This document shows, piece by piece, positions 50,317 through 62,647 of a stretch of 64,000 nucleotides of DNA (its first letter is position 1; each line of letters begins with the position of its first letter). The DNA lies in contig CM060733.1 of assembly GCA_030704615.1 (NCBI GenBank), positions 42,532,001 through 42,596,000 of the forward strand. The letters run 5' to 3'. The notes under the pieces are model-generated. The model saw nothing but the letters and a program-made list of their open reading frames with translations, was not told where the DNA came from and made no database searches. Both the position numbers and the translations under genes were made by a program. The DNA comes from Takakia lepidozioides (Eukaryota; Plantae; Bryophyta).

Positions 50317-51415
50317 GTGGCCATCCACAACATGGCCAATCGTCCACTCTCTTGTTTTGAAAAGAAGCTTTTAGGCCTAGGTTTGAGTTTTATTCCACAT
50401 CCTACTCCTCCTTCTCCCTCTTCTATTCTTGATGCTTATGACTCTTTGGCTCGATCTTTACGTCTTCGATATCACTTCAGGGATGCTAGAGATAGATCCA
50501 TTCTTCCTTTCAGAGTTCATCAACCTTCTTGGGATCAGTGTGTGCGACTTCCTACTTTGGAAAGCATTATCATCGAGGGTCGCAACATTGTAGAGACTCG
50601 GTTAAGGGAGGTGGCTCGCTCTGCCTACAGATCTTCTATTCGAGGTCACCTCAAGACTGCGATACGCTGTCTGAGCAGAGATGAGTCCATCGTCATCAAG
50701 CTAGTAGACAAAAATCTTGGGTTGGTGATCATGCGGAAGGACTGGTATGTGGATGAGACAGACCGCCAACTCCACGATGGACAAGTTTACAAATCCGTGG
50801 CAGAGATCCCATTTGACAATCTCACATATGGTTTGGATGCATTGCTCGCTTCCGCTCTCTTATTTGGTTTGATTGACAGGCAGACAAGGGACTTTTTGGC
50901 GTTCAAGCCCCAAGGGGGCTACCGACCCTGCATGTTTTATCTCGTGCTCAAAATGTACAAGCCTGTGGTGGTGGGGAGGCCGATTTGTTCATACAACGGA
51001 TATGTTTTTAAGCACGCATCCAAGTGGTTGCATCACCATCTGTTTCCCATTCTACTTGAGGAAGATAACCATATGATAGATTCTATATCTTTGTCGAAAG
51101 ATCTGTCGGATAGGCAACTTCCTGGCGACGTGCTTTTGTTTACCTTTGATGTGGAGTCATTGTATCCTAGCATTCCTACTGGGGACGGGCTTCGACGATT
51201 GAAGGAGATGATTGCCGGCAAGTTTAAGTCACCTCGGTTTGAAAGATTCGTCGTGAGTGTTTCTCGCATGGTGTTGGAGAATAACTATCTTCAATTTGGC
51301 TCAAGCTATTGACATCAGATCCGAGGCACGGCAATGGGTAGCAACTTTGCTGTTGTTTATACTTGTCTCTTTCTTTGCAGCTTAGAAAGAGAGTTGGCTA
51401 GTGCTGGAGGAGGTA
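50317..51415 (+). pseudogene. Penelope-like element RT, copy 1 (N-terminal half)
   Basis: LLGLGLSFIP, VIKLVDKNLGLVIM, GRPICS, FTFDVESLYPSIP and QIRGTAMGS; TGA at 51310; ends at telomeric repeats. Confidence 0.9.
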
Positions 51416-51417
51416 CA

Positions 51418-52048
51418 TTTAGGGTTTAGGGTTTAGGGTTTACAAAAGAGTGGAAACAAATACATGTAGCAGTGCAAAAGAGTTCGAACCGCGAATGCAC
51501 CGGGTGCATTAGGAGCAAAGTGCAAACAAGTTTTTAGGGGGGGCCAGTTATGGACACCTTAGAAAACTTGTAGAAATATCTAGCCTGTGAATCAAAACTA
51601 AAAGAATCGATCATGAGACACAGAAAACTAGAATAGAACAGAGTGGGAGTGATGTTGCAACGTTCTAAAGTGCAAATGCAAAGATATGCAAGAAGCAAGT
51701 GTGTGTGATGAAACTAATTCACTGTAAGGACAGGAGAATAGTAACCTATCTCTAAGTAAGAGAATAGACACACTAAAGATCAGTCTTAGAAGGAGATCTA
51801 ACATGCAACATTCGAAAAAGAGTTTAAAACATGCACTACAATAAACACAAAGCAAATGAATGCAATGAACTATGCAGAAGATCAAATCTAAAACTTAACA
51901 ACAACAACAACGCCAATGAGACAAAGAGACAAGAACACAAGATGCAGCAAAACGAATCTCTATAATCCCCAAACTAGTTTCGCTCAGCGCGTGAGCTCAT
52001 CAGTGGGAAAGAGAAGGAAAAGAGATACAATGTGCACCCCTCACTCCG
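51418..52048 (-). repeat. Inverted Penelope pseudo-LTR ending in (TTTAGGG)3 at 51418-51441
   Basis: Reverse complement of about 53405-54009 and of 54398-54957. Confidence 0.9.
51966..52008 (-). ncRNA. Minimal type I hammerhead ribozyme
   Basis: Reverse complement reads TCCCA CTGATGA GCTCA-CGCGC-TGAGC GAAA CTAGTT TGGGGA. Confidence 0.8.
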
Positions 52049-53140
52049 CTTATGTTTTTGAGCACGCATCCAAGTGGTTGCATCACCATCTGTTTCCCAT
52101 TCTGCTTGAGGAAGATAACCATTTGATAGATTCTATATCTTTGTTGAAAGATCTGTCGGATAGGCAACTTCCTGGCGACGTGCTTTTGTTCACCTTTGAT
52201 GTGGAGTCATTGTATCCTAGCATTCCTACTGGGGACGGGCTTCGACGATTGAAGGAGATGATTGCCGACAAGTTTAAGTCGCCTCGGTTTGAAAGATTCG
52301 TCGTGAGTCTTTCTCGCATGATGTTGGAGAATAACTATCTTCAATTTGGCTCAAGCTATTGGCATCAGATCCGAGGCACAACAATGGGTAGCAACTTTGC
52401 TGTTGTTTATGCTTGTCTCTTTCTTTGCAGCTTAGAAAGAGAGTTGGCTGGTGCTGGAGGAGGTATGTGGCCTCTATACTACAACGATGATGGATTTGGA
52501 ATTTGGGCAAGATCTCGGGCAAGTTTGGAGGCTTGGCTCGATGGACACAACTCTCTTAGTCCCACAATTTGGAATCAAAGGGTAATCTTTGAGTCTACGG
52601 TTGACATTCTTGATATTCAGTTCTTCAAGGGAGTTGATTTTGTCAACCATGGGATTTTATTTTCGAGATGTTATCAAAAAGCACTCAACAGATACCAGTA
52701 TTTGCCATGGACCTCGTGTCATCCACGACACCAAAAACGAGCATTCATCATTGGCGAATTACGACGTTACACTTTGAGGGAGAGCACACGGGCAAGTTTT
52801 TCTGAGATCCGGCAACTGTTCTATGAGCGACTTCGTGCTCGAGGCTATCTTGGAGTGTTTTATCTTGGAGTGTTTTATGCTTTGTGACTATACACAACGT
52901 GCTACACTGTTGACTTCGGAGTCCACTCGTAAGTTGACGAGCAAGCGGGCCCCCTTGATTCTGAAACTTGAGCATTTGCGTTATACTCAAGCTCTAAGCT
53001 TTGAGGGAGTCCTAAACCCTAAATTTCATGTGGGCTTTTTGAAAGATCCGCAGTTAGCGTCATTTGACAGACCTATGGTATGTTGGAAGAGGGCATGGAA
53101 TTTGCGTTCCTATCTAGTTCGTGCTATGTTACAAATCTAG
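52049..53140 (+). pseudogene. Penelope-like element RT, copy 2 (5'-truncated, complete C-terminus, no C-terminal GIY-YIG)
   Basis: DVESLYPSI, GTTMGS, YNDDGF, ILDI, SCHP...FIIGELRRY and RAWNLRSYLVRA followed by a stop. Confidence 0.9.
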
Positions 53141-53392
53141 AGGCTAGTTGTATTTGAAACATACAGTTAGCTTCTAGTTTGGATGATTATCCATTTTGGA
53201 GAGAACATTATGATGTTTTTCATCTAGAATTTCATGCGTTGGATATTTCTCTCTACCGAGAAAAATTTGGATGTTTTTTCATCTAAGTTTTCCTATGTTG
53301 GACGATCTCTCCAGCCGAGACAATTTTGGATGTTTTCCATCCATTAGATATTTTCATCCCCCCCCCCCCCGAGACAAGTTCATTTTCCGCAG

Positions 53393-54009
53393 TATATAAG
53401 CTGGGTGAGGGGTGCACATTGTATCTCTTTTCCTTCTCTTTCCCACTGATGAGCTCACGCGCTGAGCGAAACTAGTTTGGAGATTATAGAGATTCGCTTT
53501 GCTGCATCTTGTGTTCTTGTCTCTTTGTCTCATTGGCGTTGTTGTTGTTGTTGAGTTTTAGATTTGATCTTCTGCATAGTTCATTGCATTCATTTGCTTT
53601 GTGTCTAATGTAGTGCATGTTTTAAACTCCTTTTCGAGTGTTGCATGTTAGATCTCTTTCTAAGACTGTTCTTTAGTGTGTCTATTCTCTTACTTAGAGA
53701 TATGTTACTATTCTCTTGTCCTTACAGTGAATTAGTTTAATCACACACACTTGCCTCTTGCATATCTTTGCATTTGCACTTTAGAACATTGCAACATCAC
53801 TCCCACTCTGTTCTATTCTAGTTTTCTGTATCTCAGGATCGATTCTTTTTAGTTTTGATTCACAGGCTAAATATTTCTACAAGTTTTCTAAGGTGTCCAT
53901 AACTGGCCCCCCCTAAAAACTTGTTTGCACTTTGCTACTAATGTACCCGGTGCATTCGCGGTTCGAACTCTGTTGCACTGCTACATGTATTTTTTTCCAC
54001 TCTTTTGTA
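53393..54009 (+). repeat. Penelope pseudo-LTR with TATATAAG at 53393
   Basis: Repeated at 51442-52048 (inverted) and 54398-54930. Confidence 0.85.
53441..53482 (+). ncRNA. Minimal type I hammerhead ribozyme
   Basis: CTGATGA and GAAAC core boxes, stem II GCTCA/TGAGC, palindromic AAACTAGTTT stem III. Confidence 0.78.
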
Positions 54010-54324
54010 GACTTGGAAGCTTGGCTCCATGGATACAATTCTCGTAGTCCCACAATTCGGATTCAAAGGGTAATCTCTAAGACCGAATCTCTGAGTCGGT
54101 GGCAGTCCGCATCAGCATTTCCTGCCTGTTCGGCCCCAAGCCCCACTGTTTCCCTTTCAAGAACTCGTTGTACCTGCATGGCTGCATAATTGACCTCACA
54201 ATGTCCTCCATTGTGGCAGTGAGGATATCCACCAGATGCGCCGCAGAGGAGGCACGCTAGGAAGAATGCAATGATTTGGCCATGTTTGTCGTCGGCATGT
54301 CGGTGTCGGAGTCGAGACACATTT

Positions 54325-54957
54325 GTAAACCCTAAACCCTAAACCCCACTCTTTTGTAAACCCTAAACTTGTAACCTTAAACCCTAAACCCAAAGACTTG
54401 GGGATTATAGAGATTCGCTTTGCTGCATCTTGTGTTCTTGTCTCTTTGTCTCATTGGAGTTGTTGTTGTTGTTGAGTTTTAGATTTGATCCTCTGCATAG
54501 TTCATTGCATTCATTTGCTTTGTGTCTATTGTAGTGAATGTTTTAAACTCTTTTTCGAGTGTTGCATGTTAGATCTCCTTCTAAGACTGTTCTTTGGTGT
54601 ATCTATTCTCTTACTTAAAGATAGGTTACTATTTTCCTGTCCTTACAGTGAATTAGTTTCATTACACACACTTGCATCTTGCATATCTTTGCATTTGCAC
54701 TTTAGAACATTGCAATATCACTCCCACTCTGTTCTATTCTAGTTTTCTGTTTCTCAGGATCAATTCTTTTTAGTTTTGATTCGCACGCTAGATATTTTTA
54801 CAAGTTTTCTAAGGTGTCCATAACTGGCCCTCCCTAAAAACTTGTTTGCACTTTGCTATTAATGCACACCCGGTGCATTCGCGGTTCGAACTCTGTTGCA
54901 CTGCTACATGTATTTGTTTCCACTCTTTTGTAAACCCTAAACCCTAAAACCCTAAAC
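54325..54957 (+). repeat. (CCCTAAA)n patches interleaved with Penelope 3'-end fragments and a third pseudo-LTR (54398-54957)
   Basis: CCACTCTTTTGT-AAACCCTAAA junction recurs near 54347 and 54920. Confidence 0.88.
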
Positions 54958-56044
54958 TCCCTTTCGAGTAGCGCATGTGAGATCTGCATCTAAGTTGTTC
55001 CTAGTATGTCCATTCTCTTGCAAAACAGAGATAGGGTTCTATTCTCCTGTGCATCCAGTGAAATAGTTCTCATACGCACATTTGCCTCTTGCATAGGTTT
55101 GCAGTTGCATTTCAGGACACCTCGCATACTTCTATTCTAGTTTCCTGTCTCTCAGGATCTTTCCTTTCAGGTTTGATTCACAGGATTTGAAATTTTTCCA
55201 CAGATGCATAACTCGCCCCCTAAAACTTGTTTGCCCGGATTGTGTTTATCTTGCACCCGCGTAAACAATTAAGCAATTAATAATTAATTAATAAACAATT
55301 AAATTTTTATTGCTATATGCAACTCGTTCTTCCACTTAAGTCTAGAAGTGGTCTCTCCTGCTGCTCTCAATCTCTCGTTCACTGATCTCACTCACTCTCA
55401 TTCCTTCTTATCTTTCAACTCCTTGGCTCCCACCAAGATGGGATAGGAGGATGTATCTCAGATGGGAGGCCCTAATGGGAGGGGGCGGCAAACTTTTTTT
55501 TGTGTAGCAGACGCAAAAAACACAAAAGTGATGAGTTGAGGTTGTTGGTACAAAACGGGAATTGGATTCGAGATCACAGAATTGCGCACGGACAAGAGAG
55601 GATACCACTTCCTTATTTTCCTTGTTGTTTGGAATGGAGACCCTGCATGTGTATTTGAAGAAAACCTTCAGTGACAAAGAGCAGTTAGACCTAACATTAC
55701 TATTTCTCAAGTCCGAGGGAGTGCCGGAGACAGTTCTAGAGGCACCTTTGACTGACACAGTACGAAGAGGTCTGAGCGAGCTTGATCTTCCCGCCCGTTG
55801 GACTAATTACCACCGGGCTCTCTACAAGGGCTTGTGTCGTGTGACAGCAGCTTCCTCTTCCGCAGGTGCAACTTCACCTTACCTTGAACTTGAATTGTAA
55901 TTTTGTATTATTTCGGGGTTTGCAAGTGTTTCAAGCTTTGAAAACTTTCACTACTACGTTTAGGGGGGGTTAGTGACGCCGGGACCCCGGGTGAGCCGGA
56001 CGTGCCGACCCCCCTGCGACGCAAGAACCACAACAGTGACAGCC

Positions 56045-59000
56045 TTAAAGGACTCAGATTCAAGATTGGATTGGATTGTAAGGAATCTCTGCATTTCAGT
56101 ATGGTCTGTGATTGACCCTCATGCTTTTCTATACGGTCTCTCTTGCTTTTGTTGCTTTTCTTTGTTTTTCTGTCTTGAGTTCGAGTAGTGCAAGCAGTCA
56201 ATGAACAGAAGGTCAAGTGCTTAGGGTTTGCAAATAATCTATTTATTCTATAGGATGGAATCTGCTCAGATTCAAGATAGAACAACAATAGAACAATAGT
56301 GGAAAGAAAAGGGACAATTCTTCATGATTAGTTTGTTTCTTAGCTATGGCTAGTGTTAGGGTAGTGCCGTGCAGTTAACGATCTCCCTTTGAAGGTGGGG
56401 TTACTTTATTTTCATACTTGCCCTCTAGACCCCCGATGACAATGCAAATCAATAATTCTATTGCCGTCGCAAGTGTGCACCGCAGCACTATAGTTCATTG
56501 CTGCATGTTAGCCTCACCTTACCGTGGGCCCAGGTTATGTAGATTCTTGGCACCTTGACTTCAGAATATTTGCTTGATTATGACCTGTTGTTCTACGAGC
56601 CCACATACTCATGCAGGTATGCTTTAGGACCGTGTAGGCGAGATTCTTCCGGAGCTGTTAGGGTTTCGTGCTAAAATGTGTTTTGCTAGCTCTTTGAATG
56701 TCCAAGTTTTCCAGACTTAAAGGACTATTCTTTTCTTAAGGTCGGTCAGATTGTGGCGGATGAGGGCAGGTTTAAAGTGTTCTGTGTTCTTGTCTTCTTT
56801 TCTCTTCGGTGTGTTACGTTTTCCCAGTCTATATACATTGTCTATCACTGTTGTGGTTCTTGCCAAGATCCAGGTAGGGTACATGTATTGGTTGTGCAAT
56901 TGTTGGTGTTATGATGATTGGCTGTAAGGCCAACCAGAATCTTTTGTCAATATCACCATGGTGGGTTAAGTTTATGTCACCGTACAACTTCTCCCAGTAA
57001 AGCCTCTTCTGATCCCTTACAAGCTGATTGACCTCTTTACGCAGTTGGTAGTATCTAGACCAGATCTGCTGATATTACAGCAGTCCTTATAGAGCGCCTG
57101 CCTCTCAGCAATCTTGAGCTTGATCTCATGGGTCCACCAATTTACTGCTCTACCACAGATAATTAGTTTCCTTCCATGACTCGGGTTAGGGTTTCAAATC
57201 TTCATCTGATTTTTGTTACGTCTCTTGCTTCTTGGTTGAACGGTGTTGTGTCTGTCTTCGCAGCCTACTTTCTGTGTGGGATTGTTGGTTATGGAAACCA
57301 GGGTGTCAGATAGTGCGTCATGGAGAGAGTCTGGTGAATGTCGATGGGTTGCCTAGGGCAGTCTGAGCCCGTTTGTTTTTATGTCTGCAATTCTGATGAT
57401 GGGCAGGCACATTTGAATTCTTGCAAGACAATTGGGCAGTTGATTGTTAAACCCGCTGCAGTTGCTGATTTGTTCAATGATTCGTTCAATGCGTAGCTTG
57501 GAGTCAAGTGTTTGCAATTTTTTTGGTTTCTTGGCTGCGTTGTGCACTCAGGGTTTCAACAGCTTCTCCCAATCCCGTGTGTGATCCTGTGTACGGTTGA
57601 CACATGCAGTTTATTCATTCGATAGATCCATGTTAACAAGTAAAATATGAGGGGGGTCCTTTGAAAGACACGGTTGTTTGTTATTTATATGTGGAATTCT
57701 GGTTGTGCACTACATGATAGATGCAACGCAACAACATGGGTTGGCTGTTGTGGGGATACTTCTCAAGCTTTTGTAGCACCTACAGCAGGTAGCAGGGTTT
57801 TGCTTTTCTTCCTGCTTTTGTTGTTTTTCTTTGTTTTTCTGTCTTAAGTTCGAGTAGTTTAAGCAGTCAATGAAAGGTGCTTAAGGTTTGCAAATAATTT
57901 ATTTATTCCGTAGGATGGAATCTTCTCAGATTCAAGATTGGATTGGATTGTAAGGAATCTCTGCATTTCAGTATGGTCTGTGATTGATCATGCTTTTCTA
58001 TACCTTCTCTCTTGCTTTTGTTGCTTTTCTTTGTTTTTCTGTCTTGAGTTCGAGTAGTGTAAGCAGTGGAAGGACAGAAGGTCAAGTGCTTAGGGTTTGC
58101 AAATAATTTATTTATTCCATAGGATGGAATCTGCTCAGATTCAAGATAGAACAACAATAGAACAATAGTGGAAAGAAAAGGGACGATTCTTCATGATTAG
58201 TTTGTTTCTTAGCTTTGGCTAGTGTTAGGGAAGTGACGTGCGGTTAACGCCTTTGAAGGTGGGGTAACTTTATTTTCATACTTGCCCTGATCTAGACACC
58301 CAATGACAATGCAAATCAATAATTCTATTGCCGTCGCAAGTGTGCACCGCAGCACTATAGTTCATTACTGCATGTTAGCCACACCTTACCGTGGGCCCAG
58401 GTTATGTAGATTCTTGGCACCTTGACTTCAGAATCTTTGCTTGACTATGACCTGTTGTTCTACGAGCCCACATACTCATGCAGGTATGCTTTAGGACCGT
58501 GTAGGCGAGATTCTTCCGGAGCTGTTAGGGTTTCGTGCTAAAATGTGTTTTGCTAGCTCTTTGAATGTCCAAGTTTTCCAGACTTAGAGGACTATTATTT
58601 TCTTAAGGTCGGTCAGATTGCGGCAGATGAGGGCAGGTTTAAAGTGTTCTGCGTTCTTGTCTTCTTTTCTCTTCGGTGTGTTACGTTTTCCCAGTCTATA
58701 TACATTGGCTGTCACTGTTGTGGTTCTTGCCAAGATCCAGGTAGGGTACATGTATTGGTTGTGCAATTGTTGGTGTTATGATGATTGGCTGTAAGGCCAA
58801 CCAGAATCTTTTGTCAATATGACCATGGTGGGTTAAGTTTATGTCACCGTACAACTTCTCCCAGTAAAGCCTCTTCTGATCCCTTACAAGCTGATTGACC
58901 TCTTTACGCAGTTGGTAGTATCTAGACCAGAGCATTTTTTCATCTTTGATATTACAGCAGTCCTTATAGAGCGCCTGCCTCTCAGCAATCTTGAGCTTGA

Positions 59001-59057
59001 TCTCATGGGTCCACCAATTTACTGCTCTACCACAGATAATTAGTTTCCTTCCATGAC
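56045..59057. repeat. ~1.1-kb direct duplication (about 56055-57180 and 57925-59057) containing minus-strand LINE ORF2 fragments
   Basis: Near-identical sequence. Minus strand reads NWWTHEIKLKIAERQALY...YYQLRKEVNQLVRDQKRLYW...RFW, typical of the LINE EN-RT linker. Confidence 0.8.
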
Positions 59058-59705
59058 TCTATCAGCAGCAGAAGTGGCAACGCTCTCCCAAGAATCTACA
59101 GCACCTTCTACCTCCCTCCTTGTATCACCATGGGCAAGAGGAGAGATCTTGAAGTGACTATGTAAAGTGTGGGAGGGTAAAAAGTGGACTAGAAAGTGTT
59201 AGCAATTCTTGTTCCTGGGTGAGTCCTTGGCAGACACGGTTGCTTGTTATTTAGATGTGGAATTCTGGATGTGCACTCAGGGTTGCGCTCTCTTGGCAAC
59301 TAGGTGTGGTGTAAGTTTCTTCGCTGTGTTCACCCATCAAGGTGTCAAGCTAGTGCATCACGTGATGCAACTGTCGCATGTTGATGTCCAATCCAGCACC
59401 TTGGACATTTTATTTTGTCATTTCAGTGCATGTTCCACTATGTTGAAATCTTGTTTTGTTTTTACAAGCACCTGATCCTTGTGGTGGTCTGAGTTTCTCA
59501 GGGCTCTGCGGCCTGAGTTTGCTGATAGTGAGGTTCACGTACTTCGAGTATGTCATCACCAGATCATTTGCTCCTTTTGAAGAGGAAATGATAATATTAG
59601 TTCTCAAATGCCAATGAGCAGCTTGTCTTCTAACCCATTCCTTCGTCAGGTACCCCCAGAGTTGACAATACTTTATCCATTCGGAAGGACATAGTTGAGC
59701 AGCGT

Positions 59706-60992
59706 GTGCAACTTTGTGAAGTGGATGAGCTGCGGGGATTGTTGGAAATGGAATTGAAGGATGGCTTACGATTTCCCGTTTCTTTGAATATGTGGAACTC
59801 TTTGCCGACGAACAGGGACAAGTTGTTCAAACTAGCTGGACCTGATGAAGAGTGTTATAAGATTGTTCCACTTGTGAATGCTATTGTGGACCCTCCAATG
59901 CCTGCACCCACTGCTGATACAGAAGATTCTTTTCACTACCTTTGGGACACTGTTATTGATGAATCACTTAAGTTTTTCTTTGATGGCCCTTGGCTGGCAG
60001 AGCGAAACAAGTCTGGTGAAGGGAGTAATAGTGGAACAAGGCCCGACAAGGTCGTTAGGTTTGGTTTCCGGTTCTATGCTTTGTGGAGAGGGGAAGAGAA
60101 AGGCCCTACAACTGCTGGTGATCCAAGAAAGGAATTGATTTCGAAATTGGACTGGACGTATAAACATCTCCCCTTTCTCATGGCGTACTATGCGAGGGCA
60201 GCCCTAGTGACATTCTGTGTGCTATATGTGGTTGTGGATCCACATGGAGGATCCATGAACATGTGCCGTGATCTCATTCAATTCAATATATCAAATGCAA
60301 AGGAACGACTTAAGCTTGTACTGGCCTGCATAACTATGGCGAAGTTGCTGAAAACAATGGAAGAGGTTTGCGAAGGAAAGGATGAAGTGTCGGATATGCC
60401 TCTCATACGGAGGAACAGTGGAAAAGTTATTCGTCCATGTGGGAGGAAGGTAGAGAAGTCCTATCCAAATGAGGCTTTCTACAGGGAAGTTGTAGCCATC
60501 TATGAGGCGACGACATCTTGTCCAAATGTGGAACTTTTTTTGCATAGAAGGGATTCAGACCAAACTATTGTGGTGCAGAGGGCTGTGGTTACAAAACCAA
60601 AGAACCATGACGAACTGATGACCTGTCTCCGATGTTTGTGTGAAGCACTGCAGTGGTTGCACAGAAAAGGACTCGCGCACAGAGACATCAGGTGGGAAAA
60701 TGTTCTTCGCGACAGGAATAATGCTGAGAAATGGGTACTAGTGGATCTTGATGAGGCAATAAAGACCGATCAGTGCTTCAAGCTCCACCGTCTAGATTCC
60801 AATTCACATGCTCCAGAGATGACAGTTGGGCCTCATGATACCATGGTTGACATCTGGGGCATTGGGTACCTTTTGTCTACTTCAAGTATTATTCTGGATG
60901 CGAAGCTTTTGGGTTTGATGGAGAAATGCAAGCATCAGGTGCCAGACCAAAGGCCAACTGCAGCAGAGTGTCTGGAGTTGCTTGATGCATGA
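59706..60992 (+). CDS. Crinkler-type REase (PD-(D/E)xK) plus protein kinase fusion; 5' end probably further upstream
   Basis: TEDSFHYLWD...RPD...WRGEEK...LDWTY, then HRDIRWENVL, LVDLD, HAPE, DIWGIG and RPTAAECL; uninterrupted 428 codons. Confidence 0.8.
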   Translation: MQLCEVDELRGLLEMELKDGLRFPVSLNMWNSLPTNRDKLFKLAGPDEECYKIVPLVNAIVDPPMPAPTADTEDSFHYLWDTVIDESLKFFFDGPWLAERNKSGEGSNSGTRPDKVVRFGFRFYALWRGEEKGPTTAGDPRKELISKLDWTYKHLPFLMAYYARAALVTFCVLYVVVDPHGGSMNMCRDLIQFNISNAKERLKLVLACITMAKLLKTMEEVCEGKDEVSDMPLIRRNSGKVIRPCGRKVEKSYPNEAFYREVVAIYEATTSCPNVELFLHRRDSDQTIVVQRAVVTKPKNHDELMTCLRCLCEALQWLHRKGLAHRDIRWENVLRDRNNAEKWVLVDLDEAIKTDQCFKLHRLDSNSHAPEMTVGPHDTMVDIWGIGYLLSTSSIILDAKLLGLMEKCKHQVPDQRPTAAECLELLDA

Positions 60993-61429
60993 TATGTAGT
61001 CTAGTAAAAGATGCAGAACTTCGGGAAGCTGAGGTGTTCTTGGCGGTTTATTAGGGAGCTGAAGTCTTGTTTAGACTCAAACCTTCTGGGTGGTCTTTTT
61101 GGTTCTTTGTTGTGTCCTCTGTGGCTACATTCACAGCAAACAGCAGACTGATTTAGAGACATTCTCAAAATCCTCCTCGGAGCTCCAGTGTAACACGCAA
61201 TGGACCCTTTCTCACAAGCGGACTAGGAAGAAATGAAGAGCGCAAAGAGAGGATGAAAAAAGTGGGAAAGGATTATACTCGCTGCACAGGCTTCGTTAGG
61301 AACGAACTCACTTTATCATCCGTAGGGACACATCCATTCAATTTTCATCCCTGTGATTCGGTGGACGTCATCTATCTCCTCGTAGTCTCAATGGATGTAT
61401 GAACCCCAAGTACTTGGATGTATAATAAA

Positions 61430-61625
61430 GTTTAGGGTTTAGGGTTTAGGGGTCCATGTTGGGTTTCAAATCTTCATCTGATTTTTGTTACGTCTCTTGC
61501 TTCTTGGTTGAACAGTGTTGTGTTTGTCTTCGCATCCTACTTTCTTTGTGGGATTGTTGGTTATGGAAACCATGGTTGATGGTGTAGGGTGTCAGATAGT
61601 GCGTCAAGGAGGGAGTCTGGTGAGT
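61430..61625 (+). repeat. (TTTAGGG)3 followed by a repeat also present at about 57185-57340
   Basis: GGGTTTCAAATCTTCATCTGATTTTTGTTACGTC occurs at both sites. Confidence 0.8.
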
Positions 61626-62647
61626 GTAAGTTTGTAGGGTTTGCTACCAATGTGAAGAATGAGTTTTTGTTCTCTCTTCAGTACTTTGATGCATGTGACC
61701 TGCGAATCAGTAGTGTTGTTCAAACCTTTACGATTTCTTGAGTACCATCTTTAGAGGATATAAAGCTCTTGCCGAAATTGTGCGCATGTTTTGAGCTGTT
61801 AATAGTTTTATGTAGAATCTCAGGGGATTGCAGCCCAGCTCCCCCGATCAACATAGCGCATTATAAGGCCTCCTTCTGTTAAATGTTATGGTTTTGATAC
61901 TCTATAAAAAAATACACTACCATGTCAAGAGTGTTAAATGGTTATTTGTTATGACATCCTACTCTTCATAGTGTTAATGCACCTCCATAGTAGTTAGATT
62001 CCATAAAGACATACCCTCAAAATAGAGCATCCATTATGCCTTTCCTTGTTCCCCTGAAGTTACGAATTGGAAAGCGACGGCTCTCGTTAAGGGGCCGCAA
62101 CGCCGCAATGGTGAGTTATGAGATATAACATAGAAGAACACTGATTGGTTATTCTATAGGTAAAGAGCACCATCATCGGCTTTTGAGCATGTAGATGGTA
62201 ATCAGCATGTCAGCCACCATGTGCAGCCATTTTCAGTTGCAGAAAATTAGCTGCGATTACAACAGCCCATCAATAACGTGCCTTCAAGTTGTTATTTTAA
62301 ATTGAGGTGCAAGCACCGAAGCCACTCATTCATAGCACACTGATCTGTTTGTGATGACTTCTTCTATGATATGCAAATACTACGAGCTTATGTCTCTTGA
62401 GGAGAGGGCACACTCATGCTTTCATTGTTATTGCAGGGACTGTTTTGTGTTGAGATGGATTGATAATCCGCATAAGTGTAAATTACAGTTGAGATCTAGC
62501 ATAGGCTTAGATTTTGCAGTAAGGACCAGAAGATTGAGGTGCATGTGCTACAAGAAGTACATAATTTTTCCTGTCTGGTCATGCAGCTGCAAATTTAAGC
62601 TCGAGATTATCGAGGTGGAGTCAAGTTCTCGATTGCTGGTGAGTGTA

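Noticed and set aside
55562-55900. 112-aa ORF as a gene
   Set aside because: No recognisable motif, non-ATG start and no second copy to test conservation.
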